Shown: positions 1 to 8,276, counted from the stretch's first letter. The stretch: DNA of 64,000 bases from Vicinamibacterales bacterium (GCA_048594975.1 JBMDXQ010000067.1:67374-131373); one strand, 5' to 3'. The notes: a model not told the origin generated them from the sequence alone. Program-made: numbers and translations.

Positions 1-589
1 TCTCCCGCTGCGCGCTCCGGTAGTGAATCGCCCTGGCGACCATCTCCTTGCCCGTGCCGGTCTCGCCGGTGATGAGCACGGTGCTCTTCGTCTGCGCGAC
101 CATCTCCGCCGTCTTGATGACCTCCTGCATGCGGCGGCTGCGCCCGACGATGCCGTCGTGATCGAAGTCGGCATCGCGCTCGCGAATCAGGTAGCGGTGC
201 TGCGTCTTCAGCCGCTGGTGGTCGATCGCGCGGTGGACGACCACCAGCAGCTCGTCGATCTCGAACGGCTTCTGCAGATAGTCGAGCGCGCCCAGCTTCA
301 TCGCCTCAATCGCGCTCTCGATGGTGGCGTGCGCCGTCATCATCAGGATCTGCGGCCGATCGCCGGGCGCGCCGCTCACGACCAGCTCGCGGATCAGGTC
401 GAGGCCGGTCAGCTCGGGCATCAGGTTGTCGACGACCAGCACGTCGAACAGCCGCTGCGAGAGCTGCCGCTGCGCCTCGCGGGGACTGGTGGTGGCGACC
501 ACGTCGTGGCCTTCGCCGCGCAGCGCCGCGGCCAGCGCGTTCAGGATCTTGGCTTCGTCGTCGACGAGGAGAATCGAGCCGGTGGCCAT
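1..589 (-). CDS. sigma-54-dependent response regulator (NtrC family), N-terminal ~196 codons; C-terminus lies beyond the window edge
   Basis: Hand translation of the minus strand from ATG 589-587 gives MATGSILLVDDEAKILNAL...VVDNLMPELTGLDLIREL (receiver domain). It continues HDGIVGRSRRMQEV...TVLITGETGTGKE (AAA+ Walker A). It is missing from the ORF track because no stop lies inside the window. It starts 9 nt downstream of the kinase stop. Confidence 0.85.
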   Translation of the reverse strand, partial: MATGSILLVDDEAKILNALAAALRGEGHDVVATTSPREAQRQLSQRLFDVLVVDNLMPELTGLDLIRELVVSGAPGDRPQILMMTAHATIESAIEAMKLGALDYLQKPFEIDELLVVVHRAIDHQRLKTQHRYLIRERDADFDHDGIVGRSRRMQEVIKTAEMVAQTKSTVLITGETGTGKEMVARAIHYRSAQRE

Positions 590-598
590 AGCAACCCT

Positions 599-2353
599 CT
601 AACCACCCAGCGGCGCCGGCAGTTCGATGCGCACGTCGGTCCACTCACCCGGGCGGCTGGCGACGGCGATCGTGCCGCCCAGCCCTTCGATGATATTCCG
701 TGAGATTGCCAACCCGAGGCCGGTGCCGGTCCGTCGCGTCGTGAAGTACGGGTCGAAGACGCGCGGCAGGTCCTCGGGCGGGATGCCGGCGCCGGCATCG
801 TGCACCGCCACGACGACGCGGCCGGCCTGACCGCGGCGCGTGGTCACGCGGATCGGAGCACCGTTCAACGCCGCCTCGGGCCGCGCCGCCACCGCGTGCC
901 GGGCGTTGGCCAGCACGTTGACGAGCACCTGACGGAGGCGCTCGCCGTCGCTGACGATCGGTGGCAGACCGCGATCCAGGTCGAGGGCGACGCCCGCGTC
1001 CTGCTGGCCCCCGGCGCTCGCCCGTACCGCGTCCTCGCAGAGCGCGTTGAGATCCACCGCCGCGAGGTCGAACTTGATCGGCCGGGCGAAGTCCAGCACC
1101 TCGGTGACGATACGGTTCAACCGGGCGATTTCCTCGTCGATGTCGGCAACCGCGGCATGCATCTCCTCCGGGGTGAGATGCCCGCGCCGCAGCGGACGGA
1201 GTGCCGCCTTGATGATCATCAGCGGGTTGCGGATCTCGTGCGCCACCACCGTGGACAGCCGGCCGAGCGACGAGAGGCGCTCGCGCTGCGCCGCCTCGCG
1301 CTGGAACCGGGCAATCGAGTCGGTCATGGTGTTGAAGGTCGTCGCGAGCAGCCGCGCATCCTCGTCGTCCCAGCGGGTGCCGGCCGGCGGAATGCGGCGG
1401 GTGAGGTCGCCCGTGGCCGCCATCTCGCGCATCGCCGCGGTCACGGCGCCGAGCGGCCGCGTGACCGTCCTCGCGATCACGTAACTCACCAGCGTGGCGG
1501 CCAGCACGGCGAGCAGCGCGATGACCGCAAGAGTCCGGTGCAGCGCCGAGAGGAACAACAGACGCTCGGTTCGCGACCGCAGCAGGATGGCGCGGGCCGC
1601 GTGCTCGGGATCCGCGGACGCCAGCGTCCGGGTCGCGGCGATGTACTCGTTGCCGGCGAGCCAGACGCTCGGCGTCAGCCCATCGCGCCCGAGCAGCGGC
1701 GTCAGCGAGGTCCACAGCTCCCGCGGCAGCGTCGAGGCGTGGATGCGGCCGTCCATCGCGAAGGCGATCTCACTGTTGGTGAGCGCCTTGAACCGTGCCG
1801 CGGCGCGCGTGTCGAGCGCAAACCCGACGATGAGCGTGCCGAGCAGCTGCGGCAGCTGCGGATCGATCCAGATGGGGACCGACACCAGCTGCAGGATCCC
1901 GCCCTCGTGCGGCAGGAACAGCGCAGTCTCGCGGCCACGCGGAGCGCCGCGAATCGTCGCCAGCGCCTCCGGCGAGAGGCGCCCGATGGCCTCGTCGGTG
2001 ATGTCGGCGAGGAAGTCGCCCGCCGGGTTCAGCACCAGCAGCAGATCGGCACCGAGCTGCTTCCGGTAGTCCTCTGCCAGCGGGCGCACCGTCGGCGCAT
2101 GGTTCTCCCCGACGGCGGCCTTCAACTTCGGCAGGTCGGCTACGAGCCGGGCTTCCCGGCTGAAATGATCGAACAGCAGGCCGCGGTACTCCTCGACCAG
2201 GCGGCCCGCTTCCTCGACCCCGCGCGTCAGCTCCTGTTCCGCCGGCTCGGTCACCGCGACGTTGACGTTGTAGATCGCCACGGCGATCGCCAGCACCGCC
2301 AGCGCCGCGCTCGCGAAGAAGATCCGGTTGGTGAGCGACGAGAACGGCCTCAT
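599..2353 (-). CDS. sensor histidine kinase (periplasmic Cache-like sensor, HAMP, HisKA, HATPase)
   Basis: 584-aa ORF with two TM segments flanking a ~270-aa periplasmic region. H-box SSLGRLSTVVAHEIRNPL; ATPase boxes VLANARHA, HDAGAGIP, GTGLGLAISR. The start ATG overlaps the upstream stop (ATGA at 2350-2353). Confidence 0.9.
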   Translation of the reverse strand: MRPFSSLTNRIFFASAALAVLAIAVAIYNVNVAVTEPAEQELTRGVEEAGRLVEEYRGLLFDHFSREARLVADLPKLKAAVGENHAPTVRPLAEDYRKQLGADLLLVLNPAGDFLADITDEAIGRLSPEALATIRGAPRGRETALFLPHEGGILQLVSVPIWIDPQLPQLLGTLIVGFALDTRAAARFKALTNSEIAFAMDGRIHASTLPRELWTSLTPLLGRDGLTPSVWLAGNEYIAATRTLASADPEHAARAILLRSRTERLLFLSALHRTLAVIALLAVLAATLVSYVIARTVTRPLGAVTAAMREMAATGDLTRRIPPAGTRWDDEDARLLATTFNTMTDSIARFQREAAQRERLSSLGRLSTVVAHEIRNPLMIIKAALRPLRRGHLTPEEMHAAVADIDEEIARLNRIVTEVLDFARPIKFDLAAVDLNALCEDAVRASAGGQQDAGVALDLDRGLPPIVSDGERLRQVLVNVLANARHAVAARPEAALNGAPIRVTTRRGQAGRVVVAVHDAGAGIPPEDLPRVFDPYFTTRRTGTGLGLAISRNIIEGLGGTIAVASRPGEWTDVRIELPAPLGG

Positions 2354-3021
2354 CGGCGCTCGAGGACGAAGTTGGCCTCGACGTCGCCCCCCGACTCCGG
2401 CACGACGACGCGCCGCGTCGCCTGGGGCACGGACTCGTTCCAGGCGACGAGCGTGTACGACCCGGGCGGGACGTTGTCGATGCGGTAGCGGGCGTCGTCG
2501 TCGGTGACCGCGAAGAAGCGGTGCGCGAACACGAGAATGAACGCGCTCATATGCGAGTGGATCTCGCAGAACACCCGCACGATCCCGGGGCGATCGAACC
2601 GTACCGACTTGGCGCGTCCGGCCGGATAGCGTCCGAGGTCGAACGAGCGGGCACGCGACAGCGAGAACACGTTGTGGTACACGCGATCGCTGTTGGGGAA
2701 GTCGACGGTCGTGCCGGCGACGATCGCGAGCACGTGCGGGACGAAGCTCTCGTTCCGCTGGTCCATCTTCGGCCGGACGTCGTCGCGCTGCTCGAACGCG
2801 GCGCGCGGCGCCGTCTCGAGGTAGACGACGCTCGGCCGCCGATCGCCCGGCTCGGGCGCCGAGGCCATCGCCAGATCGCCGGCGTTCGGTCGCGGGACGA
2901 CGGGGGGCGGCGGATGACGCAGCTCGACCCGTCCGCGAATCGTGCCGGTGGCGGCGCCGCGAGTCGGCGCCGAGGCCGCCGCGATCGCAAGCGCCAGGAC
3001 GAGGGGGACAAACGGTGTCAT
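2350..3021 (-). CDS. secreted cupredoxin/plastocyanin-like domain protein
   Basis: 223-aa ORF with signal peptide MTPFVPLVLALAIAAASA. It has a type-1-copper-like ligand string HNVF...FCEIHSHM. The C-terminal YRIDNVPPGSYTLVAW resembles a carboxypeptidase-regulatory fold. The family call is by motif only. Confidence 0.55.
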   Translation of the reverse strand: MTPFVPLVLALAIAAASAPTRGAATGTIRGRVELRHPPPPVVPRPNAGDLAMASAPEPGDRRPSVVYLETAPRAAFEQRDDVRPKMDQRNESFVPHVLAIVAGTTVDFPNSDRVYHNVFSLSRARSFDLGRYPAGRAKSVRFDRPGIVRVFCEIHSHMSAFILVFAHRFFAVTDDDARYRIDNVPPGSYTLVAWNESVPQATRRVVVPESGGDVEANFVLERR

Positions 3022-3025
3022 CGCA

Positions 3026-4270
3026 TCAGAACCAGTAGGTCAGCTGGGCCGCCACGTAGGTGCGCTGCCGCACGCGACCGCCGTCCCGGTCGTTCCGCTG
3101 GATCGTCAGCCGCGCGACGAGGTTGCGCTGCAGGTAGCAGCCGACGGCACCTTCGAGCCGGATCACGGGGGCGTCCCACGGGATCGGCCGGTCGGGCGAG
3201 AGGGTTTCCCCGGTGATTCTGGAGAAGCGGATCGCGTCGGCACGGGCGCCCACGAACGCGCGCGGGGTGAAGCGGTAGCGGCCTTCCAGCCAGCCACCGA
3301 TCGCACGCACGGTGCGCGGCGACATCCCGGCGCCGATGAAGGGAAGATCCCATGCGGTCCAAATCGCCTCGCCCCGCAGCAGCCAGTGATCGCGCGAGTA
3401 CTCCGCGTCGGCGCCGATCGCGCGCTGCACGTAGCTCGCTTCCGGCGCCAGCGCCGTGACCCGCTGCGAGAGCCAGGCGCCGCGCGCCGCCGACGCGCCG
3501 ATCACGAGGCCGAAGAGCGGGCGAACGGCCACACGGGCCGAGAGCTGCTTGCCGCCGTTGTCGTCGTCGACGCGCGGGTTCGAGAGGGTGCCGTTGGTGA
3601 CCGAGCCGACCAGTTCCGTCGGGCCGACGCTCCACCGTGCCTGGACGCCGAAGTCCCATCGAAACGCCGAGATGAACGGCACTCCCGGACCGACCTCACG
3701 GCTGCCAATCGGATAGCTGACCTGCCAGCCGCGGCCGCGCATGCGGAGCAGATCGTCGGCGGAGGCGGGCACTGCGTCCGGACGGAGCGACGTCAGGTAC
3801 TGGTAGGCGAGGGGATAGCCGATCACCGGGTTGTCGGCGCCGTACGCACGGCGTCCGAATGCTCCGAAGGACGGCGGAATGCGGCCGGCCTGCACGTCGA
3901 ACTGGCGGGTGCGCCAGGGGCGCACGCGTACATAGGCCGCGTAGGGGCGCGGTCGGTCGAGGTCCTCCGACCGGACCTCGCCGACGAGGGCGAGGCGCTC
4001 GTACGGACGCCACGCGCCCGACAGGGCCAGCCGAAGCATGCGCAGCGCGTTGTGCTCGTAGTCGGTGTAGTTGAAGTAGGCGCTGTGATCGGGGGCGCCG
4101 ATCGAGACGCTGATGTCGCCGCTCGCCACGAGCCGTCCGTCGAACGCCTTGGCCGGGCCCGCCGGCAGCGTCTGGGCGGAAGCCGCGCTCGCGGCGCACA
4201 TCGAGAGCAGCAGGAGGGCGCGGCACGCGGGAGTGGTGAGCGGCATACCGGGGATGGGCCGAAGCGGCAA
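3026..4270 (-). CDS. outer-membrane beta-barrel (porin-like) protein
   Basis: 414-aa ORF with signal peptide ...LLLLSMCAASAASAQT. It shows an alternating beta-strand pattern and ends ...AAQLTYWF, the terminal aromatic typical of OM barrels. It lies 4 nt upstream of the next gene in the same operon. Confidence 0.5.
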   Translation of the reverse strand: MPLRPIPGMPLTTPACRALLLLSMCAASAASAQTLPAGPAKAFDGRLVASGDISVSIGAPDHSAYFNYTDYEHNALRMLRLALSGAWRPYERLALVGEVRSEDLDRPRPYAAYVRVRPWRTRQFDVQAGRIPPSFGAFGRRAYGADNPVIGYPLAYQYLTSLRPDAVPASADDLLRMRGRGWQVSYPIGSREVGPGVPFISAFRWDFGVQARWSVGPTELVGSVTNGTLSNPRVDDDNGGKQLSARVAVRPLFGLVIGASAARGAWLSQRVTALAPEASYVQRAIGADAEYSRDHWLLRGEAIWTAWDLPFIGAGMSPRTVRAIGGWLEGRYRFTPRAFVGARADAIRFSRITGETLSPDRPIPWDAPVIRLEGAVGCYLQRNLVARLTIQRNDRDGGRVRQRTYVAAQLTYWF

Positions 4271-4362
4271 TTATAATCGGCTGGATCCGCCGGCCGTTCC
4301 GCAGCCGCGTGAACTACAGTAAGCTGTTCATATCCAAGGTCTTCGGCGTCTCAGGAGGAGGA

Positions 4363-4623
4363 GTGGCCTACATCATCTGCGAACCGTGCATCGGGACGAA
4401 GGATACGGCCTGCGTCGACGTCTGCCCGGTGGACTGCATCCACCCGAGAAAGGACGAGCCGGACTTCGAATCGGCGGAGATGCTCTACATCCACCCCGAT
4501 GAGTGCATCGACTGCGGCGCGTGCGTGCCGGCGTGCCCGGTGGAAGCCATCTTCACGCTCGACGAGACGCCAGAGAAGTGGAAGAACTTCATCCCGGTCA
4601 ATGCGCAGTACTATCAGAAGTAG
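4363..4623 (+). CDS. ferredoxin (two Fe-S cluster motifs)
   Basis: Cluster motifs CIGTKDTACVDVCPVDCIHP and CIDCGACVPACPVEAI. I prefer GTG 4363 (VAYIICEPC, a canonical ferredoxin N-terminus), directly preceded by AGGAGGAGGA, over the track start at 4309. Confidence 0.85.
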   Translation: MAYIICEPCIGTKDTACVDVCPVDCIHPRKDEPDFESAEMLYIHPDECIDCGACVPACPVEAIFTLDETPEKWKNFIPVNAQYYQK

Positions 4624-4631
4624 CCGTGTCC

Positions 4632-4662
4632 GTGCTGAATGACGAATGCTGAGTGCCGAACG
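4632..4662. repeat. YGAATGC-type heptamer arm (degenerate left arm of inverted-repeat element A)
   Basis: The sequence GTGCTGAATGACGAATGCTGAGTGCCGAACG is the reverse-complement type of the arm at 4795-4836. Confidence 0.7.
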
Positions 4663-4752
4663 ATCAAGGCCTGGCCGGCGGATGCCCGATGAGCCGGCGG
4701 AGGGCACCGGTATTGCGAGAAAACAGGCCATACGGCGTCGGCCTGACGGGTT

Positions 4753-4784
4753 TTCGGCAGTTCGGCAGTTCGGCCGTTCAGCCC
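4753..4784. repeat. 8-nt tandem repeat TTCGGCAG x4 (last copies degenerate)
   Basis: The sequence ttcggcag ttcggcag ttcggccg ttcagccc reads directly into the heptamer arm. Confidence 0.7.
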
Positions 4785-4794
4785 GCAATCAGGC

Positions 4795-4836
4795 GTTCAG
4801 CATTCGGCATTCGGCATTCGGCATTCGGCATTGACA
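4795..4836. repeat. GCATTCG heptamer arm ending GCATTGACA (right arm of element A)
   Basis: The sequence is GTTCAGCATTCGGCATTCGGCATTCGGCATTCGGCATTGACA. It ends 11 nt before the nuoB ATG. Confidence 0.85.
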
Positions 4837-4847
4837 AGGATCAGTGA

Positions 4848-5372
4848 ATGCTGAACAACCGCTTCGAAGACAACATCATCACGACGAACCTCGACAAGGT
4901 CCTCAACTGGGCCCGGCTGTCGTCCATCTGGCCGATGGGGTTCGGGCTTGCGTGCTGCGCCATCGAGATGATGGCGACCGCGGCATCGCGCTTCGACCTG
5001 TCGCGGTTCGGCATGGAGATCATGCGCGCCTCACCGCGCCAGTCGGACCTGATGATCGTCGCCGGCACGGTCACGAAGAAGATGGCCCCCGTGCTGCGGC
5101 GGCTCTACGACCAGATGCCCGAGCCAAAGTGGGTCGTCTCGATGGGCAGCTGCTCGAACGCCGGCGGCCCGTTCCCGACCTACAGCGTGCTGCAGGGCGT
5201 CGACAAGGTCGTGCCCGTCGACGTGTACGTGTCTGGCTGCCCGCCGCGGCCCGAGGCGCTCCTCTACGGGCTCATGCGGCTGCAGGACAAGATCCGGCGC
5301 GAGGGCCGCGTGCTGCGCAAGGAGAGCACCGTCGCTGAACGGACCGCGGCCGCCGCGCGCGCGGCAGTGTAG
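4848..5372 (+). CDS. nuoB: NADH-quinone oxidoreductase subunit B
   Basis: Contains [25 protein letters not shown] and GCPPRPEAL, the conserved Cys motifs of NuoB/NQO6 (cluster N2). AAGGA lies 7 nt upstream of the ATG. Confidence 0.9.
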   Translation: MLNNRFEDNIITTNLDKVLNWARLSSIWPMGFGLACCAIEMMATAASRFDLSRFGMEIMRASPRQSDLMIVAGTVTKKMAPVLRRLYDQMPEPKWVVSMGSCSNAGGPFPTYSVLQGVDKVVPVDVYVSGCPPRPEALLYGLMRLQDKIRREGRVLRKESTVAERTAAAARAAV

Positions 5373-5381
5373 GGGAGACCA

Positions 5382-5852
5382 GTGAGGAGACTCGGGCACG
5401 TCCTTCGCACGCTGTTTCTCGTCGACATCGCCAAGGGCCTGTGGCTGACGCTGAAGTACACGCCGCAGCCGGCCTTCACGTTCCAGTACCCGGCCGAGCG
5501 GCGCCCGGTGGCGCCGCGGTTCCGGGGCATCCTGCGCCTGCAGGTGGAGCCCGAAACCGGCGCGCAGACCTGCATCGTGTGCGACCAGTGCGCGAAGGCG
5601 TGCCCTGACGATCTGATCGTGCTCGGCGGACACCGCGAGCCAGGACAGAAGATCAAGATTCTCGACTACTTCGACTTCAATCTCTCCCGCTGCAGCTTCT
5701 GCGGCCTGTGCGCGGAGGTCTGCCCGACCAAGCCGGTAAAGGCGCTCATCATGAGCGAGGACTACGAGCTCGGCAGCTACTCGCGCGAGTCGCAGATCCT
5801 GCGCGTCGACGAGATGTACGACGGCGTGCCGATCGAGCAGTACACGCGGTAG
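5382..5852 (+). CDS. nuoI: NADH-quinone oxidoreductase subunit I-like 2x[4Fe-4S] protein
   Basis: Contains FQYPAERRPVAPRFRG plus CIVCDQCAKACP and CSFCGLCAEVCP in NuoI-like spacing. The GTG start is preceded by AGGGGAG. Confidence 0.8.
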   Translation: MRRLGHVLRTLFLVDIAKGLWLTLKYTPQPAFTFQYPAERRPVAPRFRGILRLQVEPETGAQTCIVCDQCAKACPDDLIVLGGHREPGQKIKILDYFDFNLSRCSFCGLCAEVCPTKPVKALIMSEDYELGSYSRESQILRVDEMYDGVPIEQYTR

Positions 5853-5912
5853 CCGGCCGGCCGGCGAAAGGTGCCGCCCGCATCGTCGACGGCAGACCGA
5901 CAGGCGGCCGAG

Positions 5913-7682
5913 TCACTGGCACCCCAGGACCTGTGGTATCCGTTCCGACGGAGGTACGTCGGGCCGGGGCACGACCCTGTAGAGGAAGGTCGTGTGGGTG
6001 CATGGCCTTGGCTCCGGGTCCTTCGCGACAAGCGCGACGTATTGCTGTGACGCGAACTTCTCCTGGAAGACGGGCACCTCCCAGTCGTCGAGGAGGATGA
6101 ACGGTTCGTAACCTGCCAGACGCAGGTGCTCGATCGCACGATCGAGCCAGTCTCGGTCAATGTAGTCATAGCGGACCGTCAGCCGGCCGGAGTAGTACCG
6201 GACGGTCCCGCTGTGCTGCATCGTGATCAGGATCGCGTTCGTCGGCAGGGTGCGGTCCACGTACTGTCCGATTTCCTCATACTTCTGCTCGCCGTAGCCA
6301 ACCCTGTGTACATCCCATTGATAGAGGTTGGTGCCGCCGTGGTAGACCATCCCGAGCGCGAAGAGCATCACGACCGCGGCGCGAGCCCGTTTCCCGAACC
6401 GCTCGGTGGCGAGCCAGACGACGTCTGACGCCAGAATGAACATCAAGGGATACGCCGGAAGCAGGAAGCGCGTCCACCACCAGGCGTCGAACGGGAGGTA
6501 GAGCAGGTAGCACGTGAAGAGCAAGGCGATGAAGGCCAGGAGCGCCGCCCGCACGTGTGCCAGATGGTCTCGCCGCAGCAGGAACACAGGTGTGAGCAGG
6601 AACAGGAAGATGAGGGGCCCCTGTGACTGCAGGACCCACCTCGGATAGCGCGTCAGGTTGATGGGCACATGCGCCCAGGCGAAGAGCCCCGTGTTGTCAC
6701 CGTATCCTGACGTGAACGGCGATCCGTAGAGCTCGTTGAACAACCAGCCGATGAACAGTGGAAACGGCGCAAGGGTCACACTGAATGCAGCCGCTCGTGC
6801 CAGCCACGAACGCGCATCCGTTCGCGCGGGCCGCCAGGCGGCCAGCACCAATGGCACGATGGCGAGCGGCACGAGATTGGGCCGCACCAGGATCGCCGCG
6901 CCGGCCAGGACGCCCGACACCGCCGCACCGGCCACGGTCTTGCGACAGGCGAGGAGCAAGGACGCCGTCCATAACGCGGTGACCGGGACATCGCTCATCA
7001 GCGACAGCGTCAGCATGAAGACGGTCGGATTCGTGCTGAGGCCCAGCGCAGCGATCGATCCAACCACCGGGTGCGACACGCGCGAGCCGAGCGCGTAGGT
7101 GAGCAGGACCAGTGCCGCGCCGGCGACCCAGGGCACGGCGTAGACGCCGATGTCGCCGAGGACGAGTGAGAAGGCGAGTATCAGCAGCGGCATGCCCGGC
7201 GGGTAGGTAGGGACGATCGTGTAGTTTTCGGCCGGGCGGTAGCCAAGCGGCGAGAACGACCACTCGGCGTTCGGCCAGGGGATCGAGGCGACGAAATCCT
7301 GGCGGATGTGCAGATCGCCCGTTCGCCACAGCTGCGCCTGGGTGACGTAGCCGTAGACGTCCGCGCCGCCCGTCGCGCGCGTGCCGAACGTCGCACCGGA
7401 CCAGAGCAGGAAGACAGCTGCGAATCCGACGAGCGCCTGGAGCAGGGGAAGCCGGCTCGCCGTCTGGGCGGCCTTCCGCAGCCGGGCGTGGAGTGGGTCG
7501 TGCAGAAATGCAGCGAGGATTGCGCAGGCGAGCGCCACGAAGGCAGCCCGCTCGGCCCCGCGGACCGACAGCGGTACGCTCAGGACGTGCACGCGGAAGC
7601 CGCCGGTCAGCCAGGCCCAGATCGCCAGCAGCGCCGCGACGACGGCGGCGGCGAGGAGGACCTGCGCCAGGCGCCGGCGCAC
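5913..7682 (-). CDS. polytopic membrane protein, GT-C-like (ArnT/PMT-type glycosyltransferase architecture)
   Basis: 589-aa ORF with at least 10 hydrophobic helices followed by a ~130-aa soluble C-terminal domain. The function is inferred from architecture only. Confidence 0.5.
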   Translation of the reverse strand: MRRRLAQVLLAAAVVAALLAIWAWLTGGFRVHVLSVPLSVRGAERAAFVALACAILAAFLHDPLHARLRKAAQTASRLPLLQALVGFAAVFLLWSGATFGTRATGGADVYGYVTQAQLWRTGDLHIRQDFVASIPWPNAEWSFSPLGYRPAENYTIVPTYPPGMPLLILAFSLVLGDIGVYAVPWVAGAALVLLTYALGSRVSHPVVGSIAALGLSTNPTVFMLTLSLMSDVPVTALWTASLLLACRKTVAGAAVSGVLAGAAILVRPNLVPLAIVPLVLAAWRPARTDARSWLARAAAFSVTLAPFPLFIGWLFNELYGSPFTSGYGDNTGLFAWAHVPINLTRYPRWVLQSQGPLIFLFLLTPVFLLRRDHLAHVRAALLAFIALLFTCYLLYLPFDAWWWTRFLLPAYPLMFILASDVVWLATERFGKRARAAVVMLFALGMVYHGGTNLYQWDVHRVGYGEQKYEEIGQYVDRTLPTNAILITMQHSGTVRYYSGRLTVRYDYIDRDWLDRAIEHLRLAGYEPFILLDDWEVPVFQEKFASQQYVALVAKDPEPRPCTHTTFLYRVVPRPDVPPSERIPQVLGCQ

Positions 7683-7687
7683 GGTCC

Positions 7688-8176
7688 CTACTGCCTGCCT
7701 TCCAGCGCCCGCCGCGCCTTCAGTCGTTCCTCGCGCCGCACCTGCGCCTCAGCGGCGCGCTGCCGCTCGGCTTCGGTCTCGAGCCGCAGCCCGGGAATGG
7801 GCAGCCGGTTGCCGTCGCGATCGATCGACACGAAGGTCAGATAGGCGCGGCTGGTCAGCCGCCGCACGCCGGTCAGCGTCTCTTCGGAGAAGACCTCGAC
7901 TTCGACCTCCAGCGACGTGCTCCAGACGGCGGTCACGACCGACCTGAGGATGATGAGATCGCCCACCTTGATCGGGTGCAGGAACTGCAGCCCGTCGACC
8001 GCGGCGGTCACTAGCAGCGTCCGCGTGTGGCGGTGGCACGCGATCGCGCCGGCGATGTCGATGAGGTGCATGACCGTGCCGCCGAGGATGAACCCGAGGG
8101 GGTTGGCATCGTTGGGCAGGACGACCTGCACCATCTCCGTCGCCGACTCAGAGGGTTTCTTCGCTGGCGCTGTCAT
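7688..8176 (-). CDS. acyl-CoA thioesterase (hotdog fold)
   Basis: The stretch VLPNDANPLGFILGGTVMHLIDIAGAIAC...LQFLHPIKVGDLI is typical of YciA/BFIT-type thioesterases. 162 aa. Confidence 0.8.
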   Translation of the reverse strand: MTAPAKKPSESATEMVQVVLPNDANPLGFILGGTVMHLIDIAGAIACHRHTRTLLVTAAVDGLQFLHPIKVGDLIILRSVVTAVWSTSLEVEVEVFSEETLTGVRRLTSRAYLTFVSIDRDGNRLPIPGLRLETEAERQRAAEAQVRREERLKARRALEGRQ

Positions 8177-8183
8177 CGTCCCG

Positions 8184-8276
8184 TGTCAATGCCGAATGAC
8201 GAATGGTGAATGCCGAACAGACGCTCACGCGCTGCGCGTTCATTCGCCATTCGGCATTCGTCATTCAGCATTGACA
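8184..8276. repeat. inverted-repeat element B (archetype): two GCATTCR-heptamer arms with TGTCAATGC / GCATTGACA termini
   Basis: Left arm 8184-8218: TGTCAATGCCGAATGACGAATGGTGAATGCCGAAC. Right arm 8238-8276: GTTCATTCGCCATTCGGCATTCGTCATTCAGCATTGACA. The loop is 19 nt. The outer 21 nt are complementary at 20/21. Confidence 0.9.

Noticed and set aside
4271-4280. ATTATAAT between the porin operon start and the ferredoxin gene as a bidirectional -10 box
   Set aside because: TATAAT is striking in this GC-rich context, but no acceptable -35 hexamer lies 16-18 nt away on either strand. I cannot support a promoter call without mapping data.
5917-5922. TGGCAC hexamers as sigma-54 -24 elements (also 41498-41503 and 63791-63796)
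   Set aside because: None is followed by TTGC at the required 5-nt spacing, and none is correctly oriented upstream of a gene start. The target promoter of the sigma-54 regulator at 1-589 is probably outside the window.
8271-8276. TTGACA at the outer end of repeat arms as a sigma-70 -35 box (also at 4831-4836, 42896-42901 and, on the minus strand, 8185-8190, 42218-42223 and 45851-45856)
   Set aside because: Where a gene follows, the hexamer is only 2-24 nt from the start codon, too close for a -35 element. At 45826-45856, TTGACA-n13-TAGAAT-n5-ATG looks like a leaderless promoter, but the 13-nt spacer is non-canonical. I keep it only as a terminal motif of the element.
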